Position numbers and translations under genes: made by a program
Virus record (IMG/VR): IMGVR_UViG_3300027976_000007
Location: 64,001-128,000 of that record
Length of the DNA stretch: 64,000 nucleotides
From: a virus
Strand: one strand, 5' to 3'
The notes under the pieces: model-generated
Told to the model about the DNA's origin: nothing
Databases searched by the model: none
The model's input: the letters and a program-made list of their open reading frames with translations, nothing else
Part shown: positions 9,506 to 18,544 of the stretch, in pieces
How the letters are laid out: every line of letters starts with the position of its first letter
Position numbering within the stretch: the first letter of the stretch is position 1

Positions 9506-12037
9506 TTATAGATTAGGAAGGGATATATATCTTTCTAAGGAATTGTTTAGGTTTTTAACCTTTTGAGGAAGGAAGTTATGGATTGGGACAAATGAAAAAC
9601 CACTTACTTCTATTCTGTGAGGTAGTTCTGTTAGATCTTTGTCTTTACCACCTTCTTCATTTATACCTATTTCCCAAGTAGTATCATCAGGAATTGTATA
9701 TGTTAAGGATTTTATAAAACCCGGCTGTTCATATATATAACCTCCTACAGTTAGTTTCACTAAAGTACCTCTCATAAACCCTGAGGCTGAATAGTCTGGG
9801 GCTAAGATAGAAGCTAAATAATTTAATTTTTTATACATTGGGATAAGCTCTGGTCTAGATTGAGCCATCACCGTAAAAGATAATGAAATGTCTCTATCAA
9901 ATCCACTATAGTTGTATAAAGTATCCCCTCTACCTACATAGTTTACAGCATCCCATTTAGCCCCGTAACTATCTGAAAAACCCTTTATTAAGGCTCTGAA
10001 GTGGAGATTTATAGATTCTCCATTTACATCGTCGTTGTTTATAGTTGATATTTTAAATTTAACTAAATCACTAATAGATTCAGGGGACGGAGGGTTTGAA
10101 GATGGATAAGGTAATAATGAAGTGATTTTATCTAAAGCATCTTTAGAAGTTTGAGATGAATATTTGTATACGTTTTTAGATGTACCTTGATTATTATTCC
10201 ATAATCCGGGATCCCCTAAATTTACCCTATTTTCTATGTTTTTCCCATTACTGGGTAAGTATGAAGGAGATAAAGAAATTATTTTACTTATACCCTCTTC
10301 TACATTAATTTTTTTTCTAAAATCCTCTTTTACTCCTTGCCCTATCTCAGATTCAGAAATAATCTTAGAAGTATCTTGGATTTTTTTAGTTCCCTGCCAA
10401 TATTCTCCACCCAAAGGGATACCATTAAGGATGAGAGTATTATTTACCCCCGTTAAATTCCCTCCATTATCAGGGATGGGGTTATGTGTTTTTAGGTACT
10501 CTATATAAGAATCTAAAGATTTTTTATCTTCTGCTGATATTAAACTAGATGAAGTAGCCGTTTTAGTAACTCCTAATATTTTATTGGATATTAGTTTTTC
10601 AGTACTGAATATTGGATCTAATTTAGGATCAAACTCAGGGTTGTTTATCCCTGTTCTTTGATCTGTAAAGGGAATTATTGTTGATCCTATCCCTAATATA
10701 GATCCGGGACCTCCTGGATATTCTCTTATATTGTTATTATTTTTCTTTATCTGGGAAGTGTACCATATATTTAATAGTCTGTTTGAGAAACCCGCACCTA
10801 AAGATGATTTAATAATAGTAATATAAGAATTATTAGGATTATATTCGGATCCTAATATTTGAGGTGAATCTAATAGAAATTCATCTTTAATTATTTCTTT
10901 AGTAAAAGTTAAAGGAAGTTTTTCTAGGTCTTCTTCTTTTTGAGTTTTTATTATACTAGAATAGGAGTTTATCCCTAGACCAGGAAAAGAAGAATTATTC
11001 GTAATAGGTATTATCCCTAAGTGGTTTAAATGGCCCCCAAAAGAAGAAATACCAGATTGGGCTATAGTAGATAAGGGAGAATAAATTCCTTGATTTATAT
11101 TCCCCCCACCATATCCTATCCCTTTAGAAGCTTCCGTTTTTACTGCAGTCCTAGATAAAATATTCTCTTTTAGGGTGAAAAGAAGTCCTTTTAGTTTTTC
11201 AGTACTGAATATTGGATCTAATTTAGGATCAAACTTAGGGTTGTTTACCCCTGTTCTTTGATCTGTAAAGGGAATTATTGTTGATCCTATCCCTAATATA
11301 GATCCGGGACCTCCTGAATATTCTAATATATTGTTATTATTTTTCTCTATCTGGGAAGTGTACCATATATTTAATAGTCTGTTTGAGAAACCCGCACCTA
11401 AAGATGATTTAATAATAGTAATATAAGGATTATTAGGATTATATTCGGATCCTAATATTTGAGGTGAATCTAATAGAAATTCATCTTTAATTATTTCTTT
11501 AGTAAAAGTTAAAGGAAGTTTTTCTAGGTCTTCTTCTTTTTGAGTTTTTATTATACTAGAATAGGAGTTTATCCCTAGACCAGGAAAAGAAGAATTATTC
11601 GTAATAGGTATTATCCCTAAGTGGTTTAAATGGCCCCCAAAAGAAGAAATACCAGATTGGGCTATAGTAGATAAGGGAGAATAAATTCCTTGATTTATAT
11701 TCCCCCCACCATATCCTATCCCTTTAGAAGCTTCCGTTTTTACTGCAGTCCTAGATAAAATATTCTCTTTTAGGGTGAAAAGAAGTCCTTGTGGTGATTT
11801 TAGATCGAAAAACATTTGAGTTAATCTACTTACATCCTCTACAGATTTGAAATGTAGCTTAGGTGAAAGTAAACCCCCGCTTAATAAAACATCAGGACCT
11901 CCAGTGCTTAAAATTCCAGACCCTTCTCCTTCAGGGATAGATTTTTGAATATAAGGTTGATTGCTCGAACCTCCATATTTTTTATCTCTCCCATATTTAA
12001 GGGATTTTAGATCTGTTTTAAGTTCAATTAAAGCCAT
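9506..12037 (-). CDS. Baseplate / tail-tube-initiator-like protein with an internal 200-aa duplication
   Basis: C-terminal FRALIKGFSDSYGAKW..YVGRG..YSGFDRDISLSF..KLTVG..PGFIKSL domain; located between tape measure and LysM genes. Confidence 0.6.
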   Translation of the reverse strand: MALIELKTDLKSLKYGRDKKYGGSSNQPYIQKSIPEGEGSGILSTGGPDVLLSGGLLSPKLHFKSVEDVSRLTQMFFDLKSPQGLLFTLKENILSRTAVKTEASKGIGYGGGNINQGIYSPLSTIAQSGISSFGGHLNHLGIIPITNNSSFPGLGINSYSSIIKTQKEEDLEKLPLTFTKEIIKDEFLLDSPQILGSEYNPNNPYITIIKSSLGAGFSNRLLNIWYTSQIEKNNNNILEYSGGPGSILGIGSTIIPFTDQRTGVNNPKFDPKLDPIFSTEKLKGLLFTLKENILSRTAVKTEASKGIGYGGGNINQGIYSPLSTIAQSGISSFGGHLNHLGIIPITNNSSFPGLGINSYSSIIKTQKEEDLEKLPLTFTKEIIKDEFLLDSPQILGSEYNPNNSYITIIKSSLGAGFSNRLLNIWYTSQIKKNNNNIREYPGGPGSILGIGSTIIPFTDQRTGINNPEFDPKLDPIFSTEKLISNKILGVTKTATSSSLISAEDKKSLDSYIEYLKTHNPIPDNGGNLTGVNNTLILNGIPLGGEYWQGTKKIQDTSKIISESEIGQGVKEDFRKKINVEEGISKIISLSPSYLPSNGKNIENRVNLGDPGLWNNNQGTSKNVYKYSSQTSKDALDKITSLLPYPSSNPPSPESISDLVKFKISTINNDDVNGESINLHFRALIKGFSDSYGAKWDAVNYVGRGDTLYNYSGFDRDISLSFTVMAQSRPELIPMYKKLNYLASILAPDYSASGFMRGTLVKLTVGGYIYEQPGFIKSLTYTIPDDTTWEIGINEEGGKDKDLTELPHRIEVSGFSFVPIHNFLPQKVKNLNNSLERYISLPNL
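10591..11790. repeat. In-frame tandem duplication, 2 x 600 bp, 7 mismatches
   Basis: 10591-11190 versus 11191-11790 compared line by line; differences at 10636, 10648, 10717, 10725, 10726, 10747 and 10828. Confidence 0.97.
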
Positions 12038-12151
12038 TTAAGGTTTTGGTTTAAAAATGTCGCCTTTTATCGCATTAAATAAAATAGGTATATAAGGTAT
12101 TGAATCATATAAGACTATTAATATAATACGTTAATCCTCCGTTAATATGAA

Positions 12152-12376
12152 TTAAAATGACGCACCCTCGGGTGAATTATCTCTATAATTATATGAAGGA
12201 ACTTGTCCATTTAAATCTAGATTTGAAGGTTGCCTTAATGACACATTATCCGGAATACCGTTTAAAGAATAACTATAATGTAGTTTTGAATCTATACTAA
12301 CAGTTACTGGAGGGGTAGACCCATTGAAGGTTGAAAGGTTAGATCCTTGTGATTGAAGTTTATTAAGTAATGGCAT
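12152..12376 (-). CDS. Small hypothetical (probably virion) protein
   Basis: 74-aa ORF preceded by its own ATATTTATAA motif (12397-12406). Confidence 0.65.
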   Translation of the reverse strand: MPLLNKLQSQGSNLSTFNGSTPPVTVSIDSKLHYSYSLNGIPDNVSLRQPSNLDLNGQVPSYNYRDNSPEGASF

Positions 12377-12405
12377 TTGTTTAAAATTTTATTTTGTTAT
12401 AAATA

Positions 12406-14937
12406 TTAACCCATTCTAGAAGTATTTAGGGCTAAAGATTTTCCTACTTTATTTCCATCTAAATAAACATCCCCTTCCATTTTTACTGCGGCTATTAGCT
12501 CATCTAATTTAGAATATAATTTTTCTAAAGATATAGCTGGGGATGTTGTGTTTTGAGATTGTTGGGTCTTATTAGATAATAAATTTGGAGCCGCTATTAA
12601 ATCATCATTGGGGGATAGTTCAAATAAACCTCCTTCTTTAGTAGACACTCGAGTTTTGCCTTTTGAGGGGGACATTACATCACCTGCTTTATCATAAACT
12701 ATTTTTCCTATCCCTGCAGCCAATCCTATTCCTACCAAAGCCGCTACAGGGTGTGCTATAGTATAGGCTACAGCCTGGGCTACCATTTGAGCTAATTTAC
12801 TTTTCCCTAATATTAAACTTAACTTCTCAGTTATCAATTTACGTTTTTCTATAGTTTCTATTGCGAAAGACATATTTCTCGTAGCTTTCATAGTCCCATA
12901 AAGTGTGGCTAAGGTTAATACTACCCCACCAAGAGTTGCCTCCCAACCCTTAATACCTTCAAGGTTCCCTTCTATTAATCCTCCTATAATTTTGAAGGCT
13001 GAAGTTATAGGAGTCAACAACAAACCTATTCCTGCGATAGCGGGTGCTAGCATACTAACTATAGGGTTAATTATATCCATTAAAGGAATAGCCATGCTTG
13101 TAAAAACGTCTTTTAATTTTTCTGTAGATTCTCTTATTTTATCTGAATTGGAAGCTTGTTCTCTTAATCCTTCAAGTTTTTTATCTTGGAGTTCAGCTAA
13201 GGCTCCCTCTTGACCTAGAATATCTATTCGAGATTGGAGGATTTTAGCATCTTTTTCAGCTTGTTCTCCAGTAGCTCCTTTTAATTGTTCCCTGATAAAT
13301 AATGAATCTGCTAATTGATCTTTAGTCATTCCAACAGCTTTAGCTAAAGCTTCTTGTTCTATTCTATTTAAGTTTCCAAACGCAGCGGCTGTCCCTACTT
13401 GTTTCGCTATTTCAGAGGCTACACCCGCCAGATTATTATCTAAAGCATATTGTCGTGCTTTTTCCAAGTTAAGATTTCTTCCTAATATCAACTCCGCACT
13501 CATTTCAGCTTGTATGGAATCTTGGAAGTTTAATAAACTATCAGCTATGGAATTTACCTGGTCTAACTCCATACCTAAAGACTTTGCTGTAGCTACGGCC
13601 TCAGCTATAAGCCCTGGATTTTGACCTAATGAAAGAGTGATTGAAGATGAAACTTTTCCTATCCCTTTTAATAATTCTTTTTCGTTTAATAATACTCCGT
13701 TTTTAAGGGAAGCGATTTTAGCTTGAGCCATAAACTCCTTAGTAATATCGTTTACAGGTTTTCCAGAACTTATTGAGATTTTACCTAAAGCAATCATTTC
13801 TTCGTTAGTGAATCCTGCCATGTCTTTTAAGGCACTCATCTGTACTAACATATCTTTATTTAACATGACTCCGGTTCCTAAGGAATCATTCATTTTTGTT
13901 AACATTTCAGAAAGGTCTTTGGATGATACAAAGTTTTCTCCTGAAGCTTTTGCCGCCTCGTTAAGTTCTTTATGGAATCCAGTAGCTTCTTTATATGAAA
14001 CCCCCATCCCTTTAGCCATACTTCCTACGACTTGATCTACTTCCATTATAGAAGAAACCAATAACCCTAATAAGGCTATGGGTCCTAAGGCGGTCATTAA
14101 ATTAGCTCCAAGACTCTTAACTCCTGCCATAAGAGGGGATAGAGATTTAACATCTGGGATGTTTATTATAGATTCCTCCCCCGCCTGGGACGCAGCCTCT
14201 TGAGAGGTCATTCCTTCTTTTCTTTTTTCTTTATATAATCTCTTTTTTTCCTCCCACCTCCTCTCTAATGTTATTTTTTTAGCGGTTTCAGAACTAATGC
14301 CTTTAATATCTCCAAATGCTTCTTTATTATATATAGCTTGTTGTCTAGAAGCTTCAGCCGCTTCTCCAAAGGAGGTGGAATATGATCTTAATCCAGGGAT
14401 GCTTTTAGCTATATCATTAAAAGCCGCAAAGGAACCTACCCCAAAACTTCTTTGAATTTCTTCAGAATGGCTTTCTATGATAGCCAATTCGTTTCTAGTA
14501 CGAACTATATTAGCTAATTGCTCCTCAATATTTTGAGCTTGAATGTCTGACCCTTCTACCCCAGACATAAGAAATTTAGCCTGAAGTTGATCCAGAAGTT
14601 GGGCTTGTTTAGTTAAGGATAATCTTTTTTCTGTTAATTGGTTTTTTGTAGATTCTAATCCTAAACTATCTTTTTGGATTGAATATACAGATTCAATTTC
14701 TTTAGTTATTTTGGAAGTAAGGGAAGATAAGGATCTTTGTTCGGTATTTAACCTTTTCGCAAATTTTGATTGGCTTTTAATAGAATTATTAATATCCTGT
14801 TGGGTATCTAAAACTGTTGAAGAAATACCAGCCCTTTCTCTTAATATCTCAAGTATAGCTTTACCTATCTCATGTTCCTCCGTTAAGGAATTGTTAAGAT
14901 TTTCTTGATCATTTATATTCTCCGGGGTTACTGCCAT
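12406..14937 (-). CDS. Tail tape measure protein
   Basis: Long Ala/Leu/Gly-rich helical protein after tube and chaperone; LLNFQDSIQAEMSAELILGRNLNLEKAR; C-terminal VYLDGNKVG. Confidence 0.85.
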   Translation of the reverse strand: MAVTPENINDQENLNNSLTEEHEIGKAILEILRERAGISSTVLDTQQDINNSIKSQSKFAKRLNTEQRSLSSLTSKITKEIESVYSIQKDSLGLESTKNQLTEKRLSLTKQAQLLDQLQAKFLMSGVEGSDIQAQNIEEQLANIVRTRNELAIIESHSEEIQRSFGVGSFAAFNDIAKSIPGLRSYSTSFGEAAEASRQQAIYNKEAFGDIKGISSETAKKITLERRWEEKKRLYKEKRKEGMTSQEAASQAGEESIINIPDVKSLSPLMAGVKSLGANLMTALGPIALLGLLVSSIMEVDQVVGSMAKGMGVSYKEATGFHKELNEAAKASGENFVSSKDLSEMLTKMNDSLGTGVMLNKDMLVQMSALKDMAGFTNEEMIALGKISISSGKPVNDITKEFMAQAKIASLKNGVLLNEKELLKGIGKVSSSITLSLGQNPGLIAEAVATAKSLGMELDQVNSIADSLLNFQDSIQAEMSAELILGRNLNLEKARQYALDNNLAGVASEIAKQVGTAAAFGNLNRIEQEALAKAVGMTKDQLADSLFIREQLKGATGEQAEKDAKILQSRIDILGQEGALAELQDKKLEGLREQASNSDKIRESTEKLKDVFTSMAIPLMDIINPIVSMLAPAIAGIGLLLTPITSAFKIIGGLIEGNLEGIKGWEATLGGVVLTLATLYGTMKATRNMSFAIETIEKRKLITEKLSLILGKSKLAQMVAQAVAYTIAHPVAALVGIGLAAGIGKIVYDKAGDVMSPSKGKTRVSTKEGGLFELSPNDDLIAAPNLLSNKTQQSQNTTSPAISLEKLYSKLDELIAAVKMEGDVYLDGNKVGKSLALNTSRMG

Positions 14938-14955
14938 TTATTTTGTTTATACATA

Positions 14956-15198
14956 TTAAGGTTTAGGGTTTTTTATAAAATTCCCGTCACTATCAAAAAA
15001 ATCTTTACCTTTAGGTTTTGATGATGGGATATCTTCTTTATTAAAATCCTGGATTTGTTTTAAAGTATAATTCCTTAACCAAATAGGCATATTATATAGG
15101 ATTTCATAAGAGAAACCTCCCCTACCATGAAATGTTATTTCATGAAGGGTTTTAAAAAGGTTTTGCCTAAAAATTTGGAGATTTTCAATAGTCAGGCC
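14956..15198 (-). CDS. Frameshift extension of the tail assembly chaperone (GT-type; gp51-like part)
   Basis: 80-codon open frame GLTIENLQIFRQNLFKTLHEITFHGRGGFSYEILYNMPIWLRNYTL..KP* with no ATG/GTG/TTG near its 5' end. It overlaps the upstream gene at a T7 run. Confidence 0.7.
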   Translation of the reverse strand, partial: GLTIENLQIFRQNLFKTLHEITFHGRGGFSYEILYNMPIWLRNYTLKQIQDFNKEDIPSSKPKGKDFFDSDGNFIKNPKP

Positions 15199-15913
15199 AA
15201 AAAAAGTTGAGCCCTATAGGGAGACTCACCTCCTTTCCTTTATTAGATATATATGTTAAATTGACATCGGGTTGAGTTTGTTTTATATGTCCTCTAAAGG
15301 CTCTAGAATCCATAGCTAAAAACCTATTATCTACAAATTCCCTTATATGTTTAGGTTCAGAATTTTCTTCTACTGAAAGGATCATATGTTTAAGTCTAGT
15401 GGTCAATTCTGGGGATTCGTTTGGATTTAATTTCTTTAATCCCTCTAATTCTCTAGTTATAGCCTTTTCATCCTTCCCAGTTAATAATTTATATTTAATT
15501 TCTACACCTGTTGAAGGTAAGGTGAAAGAAAAAGAATTTAAACCTAAGGTTATTGAAGTTTCATCAAACTCTTTATTTTCCAATGTAGTCAAATCTATAA
15601 CTTGGGATTCTCCTCCTACATCAAATTCATAATTTTTACCATATCCTAAAACTCTAGATGCTATAAATAGAGCGTTTTTATCTCCTACTATAAGATCATC
15701 TACTTTAATTTTTTTATTTACAATTAAAGATTCCAAAAGCTTATCTAAAACTATTCCTTTCTCTATATAAGATTGGTTAGATAGGATATCTTCCTCTTTA
15801 GCTGTCATATATTTTATTTCAATTTTCCCTGATCTTAAAGGGTTATTTTCTTCATATATTAATCCTTTAGAAGGAAGTTCTATTTCTTCTGTAGGGAACA
15901 TTTTTTCAACCAT
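15185..15913 (-). CDS. Tail assembly chaperone / baseplate hub assembly catalyst (T4 gp26-like)
   Basis: IELPSKGLIY..IKYMTAKEEDIL..GDKNALFIASRVLGYG..FFWP; located between the tube and tape measure genes. Confidence 0.8.
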   Translation of the reverse strand: MVEKMFPTEEIELPSKGLIYEENNPLRSGKIEIKYMTAKEEDILSNQSYIEKGIVLDKLLESLIVNKKIKVDDLIVGDKNALFIASRVLGYGKNYEFDVGGESQVIDLTTLENKEFDETSITLGLNSFSFTLPSTGVEIKYKLLTGKDEKAITRELEGLKKLNPNESPELTTRLKHMILSVEENSEPKHIREFVDNRFLAMDSRAFRGHIKQTQPDVNLTYISNKGKEVSLPIGLNFFWPDY

Positions 15914-15945
15914 AATATTTGTTTATTTGTTATAAATATAAAAAT

Positions 15946-15975
15946 AAAAAAAGAGCTTGACAAAGCCAAACTCCT
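15946..15975 (-). terminator. Rho-independent terminator after the tail tube gene
   Basis: Minus strand GAGTTTGGC-TTT-GTCAAGCTC stem (two G-U pairs) followed by a T7 run. Confidence 0.7.
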
Positions 15976-15997
15976 TTCTAAGGTAAAATCTTTTGAA

Positions 15998-16486
15998 TTA
16001 GAAATTCAAGACACAATAATCCATCCCAATTGATAATTTTATGTTAAGGGCTTCATTTTCAGTATCCCAATTAAAATCTCCAAAATTTGCAGATTTAATA
16101 AAGGCTCCTTTTATGATCCATTCCGACACTGTATCATTGACAGGTCCTAGTACATTTATAGTTAAATCTTTTTTATAAAAATCGGAATAACCATCTCTGC
16201 CCGTAACAGATTCGTGGTGCAATCTTACCCACTCCATAACGGATTGGGCTCCTGATGGGGTGATTGGATCAAATAACTCCAAATCAAGATCATTCCATTT
16301 TAATTTACCTTTTACTTTACGGTAAATATTAATATGGTTAAGAGTTATTTCATCTTGGGAAAAACCTAACCCACTGACCCCTTTGATGAGATATGAAGGA
16401 ACCCCGTCTACATACATTACGAATCTATTTGCTTGTTTAGGTTCCCATGCGGTGAAGAAGCTTTCGTTTGGATTTAATACTGCCAT
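15998..16486 (-). CDS. Tail tube protein (gp19-like)
   Basis: EPKQANRF, GKLKWNDL..FDPITPSGAQSVMEW, YKKDLTINVLGP..W.IKGAF; follows the sheath gene. Confidence 0.9.
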   Translation of the reverse strand: MAVLNPNESFFTAWEPKQANRFVMYVDGVPSYLIKGVSGLGFSQDEITLNHINIYRKVKGKLKWNDLDLELFDPITPSGAQSVMEWVRLHHESVTGRDGYSDFYKKDLTINVLGPVNDTVSEWIIKGAFIKSANFGDFNWDTENEALNIKLSIGMDYCVLNF

Positions 16487-16527
16487 TTTGTTATTTTATT
16501 ATAAATATGTAAGAAATGAATTTTTAA

Positions 16528-18237
16528 TTAAGAAGGAAATTCTGCCCCTGTGGGAAGGATGTTGAAATCTAGGTAAATAAATTCTGATGTTCTTGTAGGT
16601 TGAATGTAAATAGCTCCTCTCAATTCATTTCTATCTATTACATCTGGAGTATTATTACTATCATCCATAACTACTTTAAAAGCATATAACCCTTGTCTTT
16701 GTTGTACACTTTCCATTCTTGGATTTACTTGACTTAAGAAGGTATTTCTTGTGGCCACTGTATTCTGTTCGAATACTAGAGTATCAGCTATTTGACCTAT
16801 CCAGCCTTTTAGGTCAATCAATAATCTTCTAACGTTAATTCTATCTAATGAGCTTGCTTGGGATTGTAATGTTTTATTACCAAACACTACTATTCCTCTT
16901 CCAGGAAAGGTGGCTAATGGGTTTACTTTACCTGCATATAAAGAGTTTCTATCAGAGTTTATTAATTTTCTTTCTGTTTGGATTACATTCTTTAATCCTC
17001 CTCTGCTTATTCCTGCGGGAGCAAACCAAGGTTCAGATTTTTTATCACTAGAAGCATACATACCAGGAACTAAAGTTGAGGTAGGAACCCATACATTTTG
17101 TCTTGTATCTGGGTCTACTATTTGCACCCAAGGCCAATATGAAGCACAATAAGATGAGTCTAATGTAGCTGCTGTTCCTATAGCAGCTGTTATAGTAGAA
17201 TCATATCCTTCTAGATCTAGAGGTATTATAGCGTCTCCTCTTCCCTCTATGTTAGAAATTAAAGTATTCAAGGAGGTTGCATGAGATGCAAAAGAATAAA
17301 TAAGTCCAGGGGTAGAGATTACATTAAATCTAAATTCATCTTTATTAGCTAGTAAGTTTAAAGCAATAGTATAATTGTCTCCTACTAATCCCTGTGAATC
17401 TGTGTTTGTTATATTGTGGTAATATTTTCCCGTTCCTGTAAGTATGGTTCCAGTTGCTCCTGAAAAAGAACCACTTTGAACTGTAGGCATTGATCCTGTA
17501 TATTGATCTTGAGCTATTCCATTATTATTAAAATACCCAGGAGTTGGAAGTAATACTGAATCTACTCTTATATATCTTGAAGAGTTAGGATACGAACCTG
17601 ATGATTGTAAGTATACTTCAGTTCCAGATCCTCTCAAAGTTTGGGTTTGGTCACCTATAATCCTAGAAATATAGTTGGGAGCTGTTGGATCTAAAGATAA
17701 GTTATTAAATACTTCTAATACTGATTTTGATTTAGTATTATCGTTTCCATTTCTTACTATCAGACTAAATGTACCGGATGAAGATGAAGGGCTTACTATT
17801 TCCCATCTAATATTATTGGCTGAACCACTAGCTAAGGACCCCTTGGAATTTAATGAAGAGGAACTGTTCATGATTATCCCTTCACCTAGAGTTTTTAAGG
17901 TGAAAGCTACAGTACCTAAAGAAGAGGATATACCACTTGAAGCGGGGGTAAATGAACCTGATGCTACTCTAGTTACTAATAAAGAATCTCCACCATTTTT
18001 GAAATAATTATAAGCTGAGATAGATGTAAAGAAAGTATTTTGTTGGGATCCTGTTATAAAGGTAGAACCAAAAGCAGAAACATATTCACTATATGATGTT
18101 ATTACTTTAGGTATGTTAACTTGACCTTTTACCGTAGGGCCTACTAAAGCCGCCCCAACCTGGATGGGTTGAGAAAGTATTTGGGATTGATCATTTTCTC
18201 TAGCAAGAACGCCTGGAGATATTAAAGTTTCAGCCAT
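16528..18237 (-). CDS. Tail sheath protein (gp18-like)
   Basis: SPGVLARENDQS, YWPWV, PWFAPAG.SRG, VNPLATFPG.GIVVFGNKTL, DRINVRRLLI, DSNNTPDVIDRNEL. Confidence 0.95.
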   Translation of the reverse strand: MAETLISPGVLARENDQSQILSQPIQVGAALVGPTVKGQVNIPKVITSYSEYVSAFGSTFITGSQQNTFFTSISAYNYFKNGGDSLLVTRVASGSFTPASSGISSSLGTVAFTLKTLGEGIIMNSSSSLNSKGSLASGSANNIRWEIVSPSSSSGTFSLIVRNGNDNTKSKSVLEVFNNLSLDPTAPNYISRIIGDQTQTLRGSGTEVYLQSSGSYPNSSRYIRVDSVLLPTPGYFNNNGIAQDQYTGSMPTVQSGSFSGATGTILTGTGKYYHNITNTDSQGLVGDNYTIALNLLANKDEFRFNVISTPGLIYSFASHATSLNTLISNIEGRGDAIIPLDLEGYDSTITAAIGTAATLDSSYCASYWPWVQIVDPDTRQNVWVPTSTLVPGMYASSDKKSEPWFAPAGISRGGLKNVIQTERKLINSDRNSLYAGKVNPLATFPGRGIVVFGNKTLQSQASSLDRINVRRLLIDLKGWIGQIADTLVFEQNTVATRNTFLSQVNPRMESVQQRQGLYAFKVVMDDSNNTPDVIDRNELRGAIYIQPTRTSEFIYLDFNILPTGAEFPS

Positions 18238-18286
18238 TTTGTTTTTTATTTAATTTTGTTATAAATATAATAAATACTGTTAAAGG

Positions 18287-18544
18287 TTAATCTAAAGGAT
18301 GAAATTCCCCTGTATCTAATGATATTCTTCCTTTACCATGCTCTTTTGTTATTTTGTCTATCAAATCCTTTTCCCTTTTCTCTAAAGAATAAAATTTTTC
18401 CTTTATTTCTTTTTTAATTTTTTTAAGGGAGAGGATTTGTAAACCTATATTTCCCATTTCATAGGTTATAGTAGATAATTCTTCTCTTAATTCTTTTATA
18501 GAAGTTTGAAGTTCTAAGCTTAAGGTTTGTTGTTTGTTTTTCAT
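18287..18544 (-). CDS. Small coiled-coil hypothetical protein
   Basis: 85-aa ORF with heptad pattern; C-terminal HGKGRISLDTGEF. Confidence 0.6.
   Translation of the reverse strand: MKNKQQTLSLELQTSIKELREELSTITYEMGNIGLQILSLKKIKKEIKEKFYSLEKREKDLIDKITKEHGKGRISLDTGEFHPLD

Noticed and set aside
10591-11790. Possible DGR template/variable repeat pair
   Set aside because: Mismatches are not adenine-specific in either copy, both copies are in frame within one gene, and there is no reverse transcriptase in the window.
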